DNA from: Candidatus Limnocylindrales bacterium
GTDB lineage: Bacteria > Chloroflexota > Limnocylindria > Limnocylindrales > CSP1-4
Direction: 5' to 3'
NCBI GenBank assembly: GCA_038915815.1
Contig: JBCLCL010000007.1
Location: 26 to 64,025 of the forward strand
DNA length: 64,000 bases
The position numbers were made by a program, and so were the translations under genes. Positions 30,301-39,447 of the stretch are shown piece by piece. Under the pieces are notes generated by a model. It was given only the letters and a program-made list of their open reading frames with translations. It did not search any database and was not told where the DNA came from. Every line of letters begins with the position of its first letter. Position 1 is the stretch's first letter.

Positions 30301-30944
30301 CCGGCGACCATCCCCTGGCCGACAGCACCGAGGGTGACCGCCGCCTCGCCGGTCAGGATGCCGGCGCGCATCTCGAGCTGGCCGCCAAGGTCGAGAGCGT
30401 GGACACCATCGACCAGCTCCAGGCCGGCCCTGACCGCACGTTCAGCATCGTCCTCGTGGGCGATCGGAGCCCCCCAGATGGCCATCACTGCGTCCCCGAT
30501 GAACTTCTCGACCACCCCGCCGTAGCGGCCGATGACCTCGGAGGCGAGGTCGAAGTAGCGGGTCAGCAGTTCGCGCACGGCCTCGGCGTCGCGGCCCTCG
30601 GCCAGTGTCGTGAACCCGACGAGATCGGCGAACAGCACGGTGACGACCCGACGTTCCGCGCTCGATCCGACGTGCAGCGGCGCCGGGGGACTCTGGAAGG
30701 TCGGCGGCAGCCCGTGGTCCGGGGCGACCAGCGGTCCGTCCGCGCTCGACGGCACGGCCATCCCGGCGACCGGCGCGACGCTGGCCGTCTCGGCGGCCAG
30801 GGGCGTCCCGCACTCGCCGCAGAACCGATCCGCTGGGCCGTTCGCGGCACCACAGTTCGCGCACACGACTTCCAGCCGCGCCCCGCAGTTCGCGCAGAAC
30901 TTCCGTCCAGCGACATTGGCGGCGCCACAGGCTCGACAGGTCAC
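27345..30944 (-). CDS. Double zinc-ribbon / class III adenylate cyclase / STAND NTPase / TPR protein (paralog 2)
   Basis: CRAC..CANC, CANC..CGEC; TVLFADLVGFT, EKFIGDAVMA, GDLVNTASRLQ; GQPGVGKS; VFEDIQWAD; start GTG 30944 (SD GGAG 8 nt upstream) or GTG 30953. Confidence 0.93.
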   Translation of the reverse strand: MTCRACGAANVAGRKFCANCGARLEVVCANCGAANGPADRFCGECGTPLAAETASVAPVAGMAVPSSADGPLVAPDHGLPPTFQSPPAPLHVGSSAERRVVTVLFADLVGFTTLAEGRDAEAVRELLTRYFDLASEVIGRYGGVVEKFIGDAVMAIWGAPIAHEDDAERAVRAGLELVDGVHALDLGGQLEMRAGILTGEAAVTLGAVGQGMVAGDLVNTASRLQSVAPPGTILVGESTYLVTRDAVAYESAGDQLLRGKETPVRVWRPLRVVGLVRGAGRSDIVEPPFVGREMELRLIKDLLHGATRERRLRLVSVIGQPGVGKSRLAWELHKYIDGISEVISWHQGRSPAYGVGVTFWALGEMVRKRAGLAETDDADATRAGIADALERYVPDETERHWIEPRLLRLLGIDDGPAGDRDELFAAWRTFFERVSEQDTVVMVFEDIQWADTGLLDFIDHLAEWSRGRPILVVTLARPELLERHPEWGAGRRNFVSLSLEALQPADMRALLEGMVPGLPVATAEAILARADGIPLYAVETVRMLLHSGQLEAVGGAYRPVGETIRLEVPETLHALIAARLDSLEPADRSLLQDAAVLGQTFTIDALAAVCEIEPSSLEGRLRALERREMIVQELDPRSPERGQYGFVQAMIRDVAYGTLSRRDRRARHLAAARFFEGQGDDEIAGVLATHYRDAYLAMPEGEEGEAVAVQARLALRGAAERAAALHSHEQALAYLEQALSISPENADDPDLLERAGMAALAAGMADAADGHLERSIRRYRERDDRAGTARSLAHLGKNLVGSGRLEPAIELLSRALEEFPDLESEPAMVTVASELARAYMLHEEPQKSLVLVEQTLVAAERLDMIVEIAEAMNTRALALQVVGRFRESTTTLRGVLWLTDRYSLTQSELRAYNNLSFMLLMADPREGVAVAVAGIERARQVGSRKGATFLASNGASAALRIGDWATATSLVETWLEDEQDTIAGVELRSTKAIIAACRGEPDDGWMDRYDPILTGSTDPQVPAVRRFTDGWAALAEGRLEDAGTAAMEAAGHATSYAVVAYPLALRAALWAGDLERAAMAVAAFEALAVHGDAVEATRSSMRAGIAALHGRSKDAMHGALDALERWRILGARFEFAMTVLDALATGGAGQAWLEPAVDEARAILQELGATRLLARIEATGAPASEPDHASDPVASARPA

Positions 30945-30992
30945 GAAGGCCACTCCATCGTGCGGAAGCCTACAAGGTCGATGGGCCGCCGG

Positions 30993-31463
30993 TCAGCCAC
31001 CCGGCCGCCGGACGACCGACGCGGGCCCACCGGCCGCGACTCGGTCGATCGCGTCGTTGGCCAGCGCATCGGCGACCGAGTTCTGGGCGCGCGGGACGTG
31101 GGTCGCGCTCCAGCGCTCGAACCCGCCCAGGATCTGCCGGCAGGCGGCCCAGAGCGGGATCAGCTTGGCGTCCCTGACCCGCCAGCGGCCGGCCAGCTGC
31201 TCCACGATGAGCTTGGAGTCGAGCAACAGGTGAACCTCACGAGCGCCCAGCTCGGCGGCGAGGGCGAGCGCCCGCAACGTCCCGGTGTACTCGGCGACGT
31301 TGTTGGTCTGGACGCCGAGGTAGTCCGAGATGGAAGCATCGGGACGGGCTCGCGGGTCGCGCGCGTCCGGCCGGTCGAGGTCGTAGAGCGCCGCCCCCAG
31401 GGAGGCAGGTCCGGGATTGCCGCGCGCCGCACCGTCCGTGCGGATCAGGAAGGCCCGGGTCAT
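30993..31463 (-). CDS. rnhA: Ribonuclease HI family protein
   Basis: TDGAARGNPGPAS, TNNVAEY, DSKLIVEQ, HVPRAQNSVADALAN; ATG at 31463. Confidence 0.93.
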   Translation of the reverse strand: MTRAFLIRTDGAARGNPGPASLGAALYDLDRPDARDPRARPDASISDYLGVQTNNVAEYTGTLRALALAAELGAREVHLLLDSKLIVEQLAGRWRVRDAKLIPLWAACRQILGGFERWSATHVPRAQNSVADALANDAIDRVAAGGPASVVRRPGG

Positions 31464-31479
31464 GACGGCAACGGCTGGC

Positions 31480-32298
31480 TCAATCGGGAGCCTCGTCGTC
31501 CGTCGGCCTGGTCGCCTGAAGGACCGGCAACTCCACCCTCGTGCCGGCCTGGGGTCCCCCGCCGCGGAGCCGACGCCAGACGATCTGGATCGGATCGTAG
31601 TAGGCATCCGCGACCCGCTCCTTGAGCGGGATGATCGCGTTGTCGGTGATCTTGATGTGCTCCGGGCAGACCTCGGTGCAGCACTTGGTGATGTTGCAGA
31701 GGCCGATCCCGCCACTGTCCTTGAGGTACTCCCGCCGGTCGGCCTGGTCGATCGGGTGCATCTCCAGCCCGGCCACCCGGACCAGATAGCGCGGGCCCAT
31801 GAAAGGCTGGTCCGTCTCATGATTCCGCAGCACGTGGCAGACGTCCTGGCACAGGAAGCACTCGATGCACTTGCGGTATTCCTGGACTCGCTCGATGTCC
31901 TGCTGCTGCCAGCGCCAATCCTCCTGCGGCAGGTCGGCCGGTGGGGTGAACGGCTGGATCGTCTTGTTCACCTCGTAGTTCCACGAGACGTCCGTCACCA
32001 GATCGCGGATCAGCGGGAAGGCGCGCATCGGCTCGACGGTGATCGGCTTGTCAAGGTCGAAATCCGAGAGCCGGGTCTTGCAGGTGAGTCGCGGCCGGCC
32101 ATCGACCTCGGCGCCGCACGAGCCACATTTGGCGGCCTTGCAGTTCCAGCGGACCGCCAGGTCGGGGGCCCGGTGCCCCTGGATCCAGTGGAGGGCGTCC
32201 AGCACGACCATCCCCTCCTCGACGGGGACATCGAACTCGTCGAAACGGCCTTCGGTCTCGGAGTCGCCGCGGAATACGCGCAGGTGTGCGTCCGGCAT
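31480..32298 (-). CDS. sdhB: Succinate dehydrogenase/fumarate reductase iron-sulfur subunit
   Basis: CKAAKCGSC..C, CIECFLCQDVC, CNITKCCTEVCP. Confidence 0.95.
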   Translation of the reverse strand: MPDAHLRVFRGDSETEGRFDEFDVPVEEGMVVLDALHWIQGHRAPDLAVRWNCKAAKCGSCGAEVDGRPRLTCKTRLSDFDLDKPITVEPMRAFPLIRDLVTDVSWNYEVNKTIQPFTPPADLPQEDWRWQQQDIERVQEYRKCIECFLCQDVCHVLRNHETDQPFMGPRYLVRVAGLEMHPIDQADRREYLKDSGGIGLCNITKCCTEVCPEHIKITDNAIIPLKERVADAYYDPIQIVWRRLRGGGPQAGTRVELPVLQATRPTDDEAPD

Positions 32299-32310
32299 CG
32301 TGCCTCCGTC

Positions 32311-34134
32311 CTAGTGCTCGCCGCCGAGCAGGCTGCGCTGCTCATCGGACATGCCGGGGAGCGGCGTCGTGTCGACCGACATCGTGCCGTCGGCGCCCCT
32401 GGCGACCACGCTGTTGAGGCCGCTCCAGGTCGCGTCGTCGGGGGCCGGATGATCCAGGCGGCTGTGCGCGCCGCGGCTTTCGGTCCGCTGGCGAGCGCTT
32501 CGGGTGATCGCCTCCGACACGGTCAGCAGGTTGCCGAGCTCGAAGACCAGATCCCAGCCGGGATTGTAGGCTCGACCGCCGGTCGCCCTGACGGCCTGCC
32601 AGCGCCGGCGCAGGTCGGCCAGCTGGCGAATCGCCTCGGCGAGGTCCTCCTCGACCCGGAAGATCCCGACCAGGCGCTGCATCATCTCCTGCAGATCGCG
32701 CTGGATGGCGTATGGATCCTCGCCCTCGACCCGTTCGAGCGGCGCCGCCAGCGTCCCGCTGGCGCCCTGGAGCTGGACCGGATCGAGATACGGCTCCGTC
32801 TCCCTGGTCGAAGCATGCCGCGCGGCGGCGGCGCCGGCCCGGGCGCCGAACACCAGCAGGTCTGACAGCGAGTTGCCGCCCAGACGATTTGCGCCGTGCA
32901 TCCCGGCCGCGACCTCGCCCGCCGCGAACAGGCCCGGGGCGGTCGTCTCTCCGGTCTCGGCGTCGACGCGGATGCCGCCCATGACGTAATGGGTCGTCGG
33001 GCCGACCTCCATCGGACCACGGGTGATGTCGACGTCGGCCAGCTCCTTGAACTGCTCGTACATCGATGGCAGCTTGCGCCGCACGAGATCTGCCGGCAGG
33101 TAGCTGATGTCCAGGAAGACGCCGCCGTGGGGCGACCCTCGCCCCTCCTTCACCTCGGTGTAGATCGCCCGGGCGACGTTGTCGCGGGTCGACAGCTCCG
33201 GCGGACGGCGGGCGTCCGTCTCGCGACCCTGCGACAGCGCGGTCACCCAGCGCGCGGCTTCGTCGTCGGTCTCCGCGTATTCGGCTCGGCGCTCGTCGGG
33301 CAGGTACTTCCACATGAACCGTTCGCCGCTGGCGTTGCGCAGGATGCCGCCCTCGCCGCGAACCGCCTCGGTGACCAGCAGACCGCGGACGCCCGGAGGC
33401 CAGACCATCCCGGTCGGGTGGAACTGGACGAACTCCATGTCGATCAGCTCGGCGCCGGCCTCGTAGGCCAGGGCCTGTCCGTCGCCGCTGTATTCCCACG
33501 AGTTCGACGTCACCTCGTAGGCCTTGCCGATGCCACCCGTCGCCAGCACGATCGCCTTGGCCGCGAACGCGATCGGTCGCCCGGTCGTTCGCCAGTAGCC
33601 GAATGCTCCTCGAACGCCGTCGGGGCCGGTGATCAGCCGGGTGATCGTGCATTCCATGTAGACCTCGATCCCGGCGGCGACGGCGCGATCCTGCAGGGTC
33701 CGGATCATCTCGAGTCCGGTCCGATCGCCGACGTGGGCGAGGCGAGGGTGCGAATGACCGCCGAACGGCCGCTGGAGGATCCGACCGTCCTCGGTTCGGT
33801 CGAAGACGGCGCCCCACAGTTCCAGCTCGCGCACGCGGTCCGGGGCCTCCATTGCGTGGAGCTGAGCCATCCGCGGGTTGTTCAGCATCTTGCCGCCGAC
33901 CATCGTGTCGCGGAAATGGACCTGCCACGAATCGGTCGGCGCGACATGGGCCAGGGCCGCCGCCACGCCGCCTTCGGCCATCACCGTGTGGGCCTTGCCG
34001 AGGAGCGACTTGCAGACGAGGCCGACGTCGGCGCCGGCGGCCTTCGCCTCGATCGCGGCGCGCAGACCGGCGCCGCCCGCCCCGATGACGAGGACGTCGT
34101 GGGCACGCCGCTGGAGCTTGATCGGATCAGGCAT
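32311..34134 (-). CDS. sdhA: Succinate dehydrogenase/fumarate reductase flavoprotein subunit
   Basis: GAGGAG, AHTVMAEGG, QFHPTG, EAVRGEGG, HYVMGG, HGANRLGGNSL, ESRGAH. Confidence 0.96.
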   Translation of the reverse strand: MPDPIKLQRRAHDVLVIGAGGAGLRAAIEAKAAGADVGLVCKSLLGKAHTVMAEGGVAAALAHVAPTDSWQVHFRDTMVGGKMLNNPRMAQLHAMEAPDRVRELELWGAVFDRTEDGRILQRPFGGHSHPRLAHVGDRTGLEMIRTLQDRAVAAGIEVYMECTITRLITGPDGVRGAFGYWRTTGRPIAFAAKAIVLATGGIGKAYEVTSNSWEYSGDGQALAYEAGAELIDMEFVQFHPTGMVWPPGVRGLLVTEAVRGEGGILRNASGERFMWKYLPDERRAEYAETDDEAARWVTALSQGRETDARRPPELSTRDNVARAIYTEVKEGRGSPHGGVFLDISYLPADLVRRKLPSMYEQFKELADVDITRGPMEVGPTTHYVMGGIRVDAETGETTAPGLFAAGEVAAGMHGANRLGGNSLSDLLVFGARAGAAAARHASTRETEPYLDPVQLQGASGTLAAPLERVEGEDPYAIQRDLQEMMQRLVGIFRVEEDLAEAIRQLADLRRRWQAVRATGGRAYNPGWDLVFELGNLLTVSEAITRSARQRTESRGAHSRLDHPAPDDATWSGLNSVVARGADGTMSVDTTPLPGMSDEQRSLLGGEH

Positions 34135-34143
34135 CCGGGGCGC

Positions 34144-34950
34144 CTAGAAGCGGATCGCCGGGTCACTGAGCGCGCCCATCGCGAGGAGGCGCACGTAGAC
34201 GTCGGCGAGCGTGACGGAGATGAGGCTCGCCCAGGCCCACGCCATGTGGTGGAGGTTCAGCGAGGTCAACCGCTGCCAGAGGCTGTAGCGGACCCTGGTT
34301 CGCCGCGAGCACGAGAAGCAGTCGAGTCGGCCGCCGACGATGTGGCGGAGCGAATGGCAGGAGAGCGAGTAGCCCGTCAGCAGGACCGAATTGACGAACA
34401 GGATCGCCCCACCCAGACCAAGTCGCACCTGACCGTCGTGGACGACCGACAACCCGGCATCGAGCCACAGGAAGAAGAGCGGGATGAAGGCGAGGTAGAG
34501 GAACAGGCGATGGAGGTTCTGCAGGATGAACGGGAACCGGTTCTCCATCACATAGCGCTTGTGGATGGAAGGCTCGCCGACGGCGCAGCCCGGCGGGTCG
34601 GCGAAGTAGAAGCGGTAGTAGGCCTTCCGGTAGTAGTAGCAGGTCGCCCGGAACCCGAGCGGGACCCACAGGATGAACAGGCCGGGGCTGATCCAGGTCG
34701 GCAGCCAGTCTGGCCTGATCAGCGGCGAGAAGAGCGGCGACAGGTAGCCATCGACCTCGTACGGCGTTCCCAGCAACGGGGTGAGCAGGATGCCGCTGAC
34801 GAACAGGTACGTGGCACAGACCGTGAAGAGGGTCGCCTGCAGGGCCGGCGCGAGCGCCCAGTCGTCGAGCCGGCCGGTGGCGCCGAGGCCCTGGCGCGCG
34901 GTCCCGGGCGGCTTGCGCGGAAGCCCGACGCTGGCGGGGATCCCGGTCAT
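34144..34950 (-). CDS. Succinate dehydrogenase membrane anchor (resembles mycobacterial Sdh1 anchor)
   Basis: Multi-TM protein directly upstream of sdhA; [33 protein letters not shown] motifs; ATG overlaps the icd stop. Confidence 0.85.
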   Translation of the reverse strand: MTGIPASVGLPRKPPGTARQGLGATGRLDDWALAPALQATLFTVCATYLFVSGILLTPLLGTPYEVDGYLSPLFSPLIRPDWLPTWISPGLFILWVPLGFRATCYYYRKAYYRFYFADPPGCAVGEPSIHKRYVMENRFPFILQNLHRLFLYLAFIPLFFLWLDAGLSVVHDGQVRLGLGGAILFVNSVLLTGYSLSCHSLRHIVGGRLDCFSCSRRTRVRYSLWQRLTSLNLHHMAWAWASLISVTLADVYVRLLAMGALSDPAIRF

Positions 34951-35969
34951 CGAAGCGCCGGTGCCTCGCCAAGGCGAGCGACGATGGCGTCCGCGAAGGC
35001 CGCCGTCCCGGCCGTTCCCCCAAGGTCGTAGGTGGTCGATCGCCCCTCGGCGATGACCTCGCGGACGACCGTCTCGAGGCGAGTGGCCTCTTCCGGATAG
35101 CCCATGTGCCGCAGCATCAGGGCTCCCGACAGGATCATCGCGGTCGGGTTCGCCTTGTCCAGGCCCGCGTACTTGGGCGCCGAGCCGTGGACCGGCTCGA
35201 AGACCGCCGCCTCTGTCCCGATGTTGGCGCCCGGCGCGACGCCCAGACCGCCGACCAGGCCGGCCGCCAGGTCGCTGACGATGTCGCCGTAGAGGTTCGG
35301 CAGGACCAGGACGTCGTACATCTCCGGTTTCTGGACCAGCTGCATGCACATGTTGTCGACGATGCGGTCCTCGAACTCGATCCGCCCGTCGTAGTCCGCG
35401 GCGACCGTCCGGCAACTCTCCAGAAAGAGCCCGTCGGAGAGCTTCATGATGTTGGCCTTGTGCACCGCTGTGACTTTGTGCCGGCCGTTGGCGACCGCGT
35501 ACTCGAAGGCGAAGCGGGCGATCCGCTCGGACGCAGCCCGGGTGATGATCTTGATGCTCTCCGCGGCGTCCGGCCCGACCATGTGCTCGATGCCGCCGTA
35601 GAGATCCTCCGTGTTCTCGCGCACGATGACCAGGTCGACATCCTCGTAGCGGGTCTCGAGGCCCTTCATCGAGCGGGCCGGGCGCAGGTTCGCGTAGAGG
35701 CCCAGCGCCTGGCGGAGCGAGACGTTGGCGCTCCGGAAGCCGGCACCCACCGGCGTGGTGATCGGGCCCTTGAGCGCGATCCTGTTGCGCCGGACGGACT
35801 CCAGGACCTCGTCCGGCAGGGGCGTCCCGGTCGTGGCGATGGTGGCCTCACCTGCCTGGACGGGCTCCCACTCGAACTCGATGCCGGTCGCGTCGAGGAC
35901 GCGCGTGGTTGCCTCCGCCAGCTCCGGTCCGATGCCGTCGCCGGGGATCAGGGTGACTCGGTGGGCCAT
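34947..35969 (-). CDS. icd: Isocitrate/isopropylmalate dehydrogenase family protein (probable isocitrate dehydrogenase)
   Basis: [46 protein letters not shown]; TCA context; leaderless TAGAAT(35976-35981)-N6-ATG. Confidence 0.88.
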   Translation of the reverse strand: MAHRVTLIPGDGIGPELAEATTRVLDATGIEFEWEPVQAGEATIATTGTPLPDEVLESVRRNRIALKGPITTPVGAGFRSANVSLRQALGLYANLRPARSMKGLETRYEDVDLVIVRENTEDLYGGIEHMVGPDAAESIKIITRAASERIARFAFEYAVANGRHKVTAVHKANIMKLSDGLFLESCRTVAADYDGRIEFEDRIVDNMCMQLVQKPEMYDVLVLPNLYGDIVSDLAAGLVGGLGVAPGANIGTEAAVFEPVHGSAPKYAGLDKANPTAMILSGALMLRHMGYPEEATRLETVVREVIAEGRSTTYDLGGTAGTAAFADAIVARLGEAPALR

Positions 35970-36022
35970 GCGACCATTCTAACGACGGGTCCGACCCGAC
36001 GCCCACCACAGGACGGGCTCCC

Positions 36023-36406
36023 TCACGCAGCTCCGTCGAACGCGGCCGTCAGATCCAGGCCGAGTTGATGCGCGAGAGCACGGCGTACCTGGGCGCGGAT
36101 GGACGGATCGGTCAGCGATCGGCTTCGTCCCCCGAGATCGACCGACGTGACTCGACGCAGATCGATCGTCCGCAGCTGGTGACAGAGGACGACCGCGTCC
36201 AGCGTCTGGCCGGCCTCTCCTGCCGGGATCGCCACTTCCCCCGGATATCTCGGGCCTCGGGCCGAGATGGGGCAGATCGTCGCCATCCCGGATCGGTGGA
36301 ACGAATCACGCGAAACGATCAGCGCACGGCGCGTGCCCGCCTGCTCATGACCGACCGTCGGTTCCAGGTCGATCAGGACGATGTCCCAGCGCCGCACCTC
36401 TGCCAC
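36023..36406 (-). CDS. PemK/MazF family type II toxin
   Basis: WDIVLIDLEPTVGHEQAGTRRALIVS, CPIS, VLCHQLRTID..R. Confidence 0.92.
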   Translation of the reverse strand: MAEVRRWDIVLIDLEPTVGHEQAGTRRALIVSRDSFHRSGMATICPISARGPRYPGEVAIPAGEAGQTLDAVVLCHQLRTIDLRRVTSVDLGGRSRSLTDPSIRAQVRRALAHQLGLDLTAAFDGAA

Positions 36407-36407
36407 G

Positions 36408-36662
36408 TCAGCGGGGCCAGCCGTCGGGCTCGTCCAGCTCGGATGTGATCGCGCGCATCTCATCGAGGAAGACCGGGTCCGCCGCAGCGGCGGCCCATCG
36501 ATCGGATTCGGCCCGATCGATCGCGTCGTGGTAGAGCCGCTCGACGGCCAACTCGACGACGGCATCCTGGCTGTCCGCGACGCCGTACTGCGCCGACATC
36601 TCCCGAACGTGACGCACCGTGGCCTCGTCGAGGTTGTACGTCCGCTTCACCCGCGCTGTCAT
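36408..36662 (-). CDS. Putative ribbon-helix-helix antitoxin (84 aa)
   Basis: MTARVKRTYNLDE beta-strand/helix pattern, acidic C-terminus, 1 nt upstream of the toxin start. Confidence 0.8.
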   Translation of the reverse strand: MTARVKRTYNLDEATVRHVREMSAQYGVADSQDAVVELAVERLYHDAIDRAESDRWAAAAADPVFLDEMRAITSELDEPDGWPR

Positions 36663-36697
36663 GGACCCACTATATGGACGTCTCATTCGGACGTCAA
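36663..36697 (-). promoter_or_regulatory. Leaderless TA promoter with twin GACGTC palindromes
   Basis: TTGACG (36697-36692), 17-nt spacer, TATAGT (36674-36669), 6 nt, ATG; GACGTC at 36677-36682 and 36690-36695. Confidence 0.85.
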
Positions 36698-36794
36698 CGA
36701 GTTCACGGGACGAGAGCCCGCGAGGTCGGCGCCGCTCGGCTACCATCTCCTTCCCCGGCAATCGACCGCCACTGTGCCAAGCGGAGCCCGCTCG

Positions 36795-37970
36795 GTGAAG
36801 ATCCAGGAAGCTGATGCGAAGTCCCTGCTGGTCGCACAGGGCCTGCCCGTCCCCGGCTGGGAGGTCGCCCACACTCCGGCGCAGGCGAGGGCCGCCACGG
36901 AACGGATCCTCGCGAGCGGCGCGGGAGCGGTGGTCATCAAGGCGCAGGTACTCGTCGGTGGCCGCGGCAAGGCCGGTGGTGTGAAGCTGGCCTCCAGCAC
37001 GGACGAAGCGGAACGTGTCGCGAACGCCATCCTCGGCATGGAGATCAAGGGCATCACCGTCCGCAAGGTCCTGGTGGCGGCGGCAGCGGACATCGCCAGG
37101 GAGTTCTACATGGCCGCCGTGCTCGATCGAGCGGCCGGCCGGATCCTCCTGATGGGCTCGGCCGAGGGCGGCGTGGAGATCGAGCAGGTCGCCGCCGACG
37201 ACCCCGGCGCGATCATTCGCGTCCACGCCGATCCACTGCTCGGACTGCTCGACTTCCAGGCCCGCCAGTTCGTCTTCGCCATGGGCCTGGGCGCCCAGCT
37301 CAGGACAGGGGTGGCGATCGCCAAGGGCCTCGTCCGCACGATGGTCGCGTACGACGCCGACCTCGTCGAGATCAACCCGCTGGCGATCGTGCGCGAACTC
37401 GACGCCGCCGGGACGGCCGTGGAGCGGCTCGTCTGCCTCGACGCCAAGGTCACCCTCGACGACTCCGCCCTGCCGCGCCACCCTGAGCTGGAGGCGCTGC
37501 GCGATCCCGACGAGGAGGATCCGGCCGATCGCGAGGCCCGCGAGGCCGGGCTGACCTTCATCAAGCTCGACGGCACCATCGGCTGCATGGTCAACGGCGC
37601 CGGGCTCGCGATGACCACGATGGACCTGGTCAAGCGGGCCGGCGGCGAGCCCGCGAACTTCCTGGACATCGGCGGTGGTGCGCGGGCCGAGCGAGTGGCG
37701 GCGGCGATGCGGATCATCCTGGCCGACCAGAAGGTCAACGCGATCCTGGTGAACATCTTCGGGGGCATCACCCGCGGCGACGAGGTCGCTCGCGGCCTGA
37801 TCGAGGCGCGTGCCCGACAGACGCGCGACGTGCCGATGATCGTCCGGATCGTCGGCACGAACGCGAAGGAGGCCGCCACCCTGCTCGAGGAGGCACGCTT
37901 CACGACGGCGGCCTCACTGGACGAGGCGGCCACCAAGGCCGTCGCGGCATCGCGGGGAGCGGTCGCGTGA
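36795..37970 (+). CDS. sucC: Succinyl-CoA synthetase beta subunit
   Basis: [49 protein letters not shown]; GTG at 36795; -10 TACCAT at 36741-36746. Confidence 0.97.
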   Translation: MKIQEADAKSLLVAQGLPVPGWEVAHTPAQARAATERILASGAGAVVIKAQVLVGGRGKAGGVKLASSTDEAERVANAILGMEIKGITVRKVLVAAAADIAREFYMAAVLDRAAGRILLMGSAEGGVEIEQVAADDPGAIIRVHADPLLGLLDFQARQFVFAMGLGAQLRTGVAIAKGLVRTMVAYDADLVEINPLAIVRELDAAGTAVERLVCLDAKVTLDDSALPRHPELEALRDPDEEDPADREAREAGLTFIKLDGTIGCMVNGAGLAMTTMDLVKRAGGEPANFLDIGGGARAERVAAAMRIILADQKVNAILVNIFGGITRGDEVARGLIEARARQTRDVPMIVRIVGTNAKEAATLLEEARFTTAASLDEAATKAVAASRGAVA

Positions 37971-38851
37971 GCATCCTCGTCGGACCCGGGACCCGACTCG
38001 TGGTCCAGGGCATCACCGGGCGCGAGGGCGACTTCCACAGCCGGGCGATGCGCGACTACGGGACCACGATCGTCGCCGGCGTGACGCCCGGCAAGGGCGG
38101 CCAGACCGCCCTGGACGGCGCCGTCCCGGTCTTCGATACGGTCGCCGAGGCGGTCCGCGAGACGGGCGCGAACACCTCCTGCATCTTCGTCCCGGCGGGC
38201 GGCGCCCCCGATGCGGTGATGGAGGCCGCGGCGGCCGGCATCGCCACGATCTTCTGCATCACCGAGGGGATCCCGGCGCTGGACATGGTCCCAACCGTGG
38301 AAATGGTCCGGCGAGCCGGCGCCCGCCTGATCGGGCCCAACTGCCCAGGGGCGACCTCACCGGGCTCGGCCAAGGTCGGGATCATCCCGGGCTCGATCCA
38401 TCGACCGGGCCGGGTCGGTGTCGTCAGCCGCTCCGGGACGCTCACCTACGAGGCCGTCCAGGCGATGACCGACGCCGGGCTCGGCCAGTCGACCTGCGTG
38501 GGGATCGGCGGCGATCCGATCATCGGCACGACCTTCCTGGAGATCCTCCAGCTGTTCGCCGAGGACAGCGCGACCGACGCGATCGTGCTCATCGGCGAGA
38601 TCGGTGGCATGGCCGAGGAGGCCGCCGCGGCGTGGGCGGGCGAGCACCTCCGCGACACCCCCAGGGTCGCCTTCATCGCGGGTCGGACCGCGCCCGAGGG
38701 CAAGCGGATGGGTCATGCCGGGGCGATCATCTCTGGCGGGGCCGGGACCGCCGCGTCCAAGGTCGCCGCGCTCGAGGCGGCCGGTTTTCGTGTGGCCGGA
38801 TCACCGCTCGAGCTGCCGAAGCTCCTGCGCGACGCCGGCTATCGCGGCTAG
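37967..38851 (+). CDS. sucD: Succinyl-CoA synthetase alpha subunit
   Basis: [42 protein letters not shown]. Confidence 0.97.
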   Translation: MSILVGPGTRLVVQGITGREGDFHSRAMRDYGTTIVAGVTPGKGGQTALDGAVPVFDTVAEAVRETGANTSCIFVPAGGAPDAVMEAAAAGIATIFCITEGIPALDMVPTVEMVRRAGARLIGPNCPGATSPGSAKVGIIPGSIHRPGRVGVVSRSGTLTYEAVQAMTDAGLGQSTCVGIGGDPIIGTTFLEILQLFAEDSATDAIVLIGEIGGMAEEAAAAWAGEHLRDTPRVAFIAGRTAPEGKRMGHAGAIISGGAGTAASKVAALEAAGFRVAGSPLELPKLLRDAGYRG

Positions 38852-38860
38852 GGGCGGGTC

Positions 38861-39373
38861 ATGAGTCGGCTGATGGACCTGGTGGCCGGGGACGCACGGG
38901 AGATCCTGCTGGCCATCGGAACAGACGATCTGGCCGCGCTGGACGATCGCGGGCGCTTTCCGGCGCACGTCGCGCTCGGTGGCGGCCTCGACCCGACCTG
39001 GCTCGACCTCTTCGCCGAGGCCGCTCGGAGCGTCATCGGTGGCGACGAGCCGGGCGACTTCCTGGATGCCCGGGTCGAGCTCGATGGACCCCAGGATGAC
39101 GGGAACCCGACGATCGAGCGCGTCGACCCCGTCTGGATCGGCGCGGTCGCCCGGATCCCGGATAGCCGCCTGGGCGCCATCGCCTCGCGCTGGATCGACC
39201 TCGTCGAGGATGAACTGGGAACCCTGGCGCGCGACGAGAAGCCGTGGATCCGCGACCTCACCGGTCGGCTCGTCGCCTTCTGTCGAGCCGCGGATCGAGC
39301 TGTCGAGCCGCGGATCGAGCCCCGGATGTCCTGTTCGCCTGGTCGTTGCGATGAGCCGTGGCCAGGGTGGTGA
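38861..39373 (+). CDS. Hypothetical protein with C-terminus frameshifted by a 20-bp tandem duplication
   Basis: Protein-like for about 145 aa. TGTCGAGCCGCGGATCGAGC occurs twice (39281-39320). Removing one copy gives ...RAADRAPDVLFAWSLR* with stop at 39352-39354. Confidence 0.75.
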   Translation: MSRLMDLVAGDAREILLAIGTDDLAALDDRGRFPAHVALGGGLDPTWLDLFAEAARSVIGGDEPGDFLDARVELDGPQDDGNPTIERVDPVWIGAVARIPDSRLGAIASRWIDLVEDELGTLARDEKPWIRDLTGRLVAFCRAADRAVEPRIEPRMSCSPGRCDEPWPGW

Positions 39374-39381
39374 CGTCACTC

Positions 39382-39433
39382 CTCGGCTCGGGACCACGTT
39401 CGCGTCGCTCGGCTCGGGACCACGTTCGCGTCG
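39382..39433 (+). repeat. 26-bp tandem duplication CTCGGCTCGGGACCACGTTCGCGTCG x2
   Basis: Two exact copies. Confidence 0.95.
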
Positions 39434-39447
39434 CTCGGGCTGACCTT

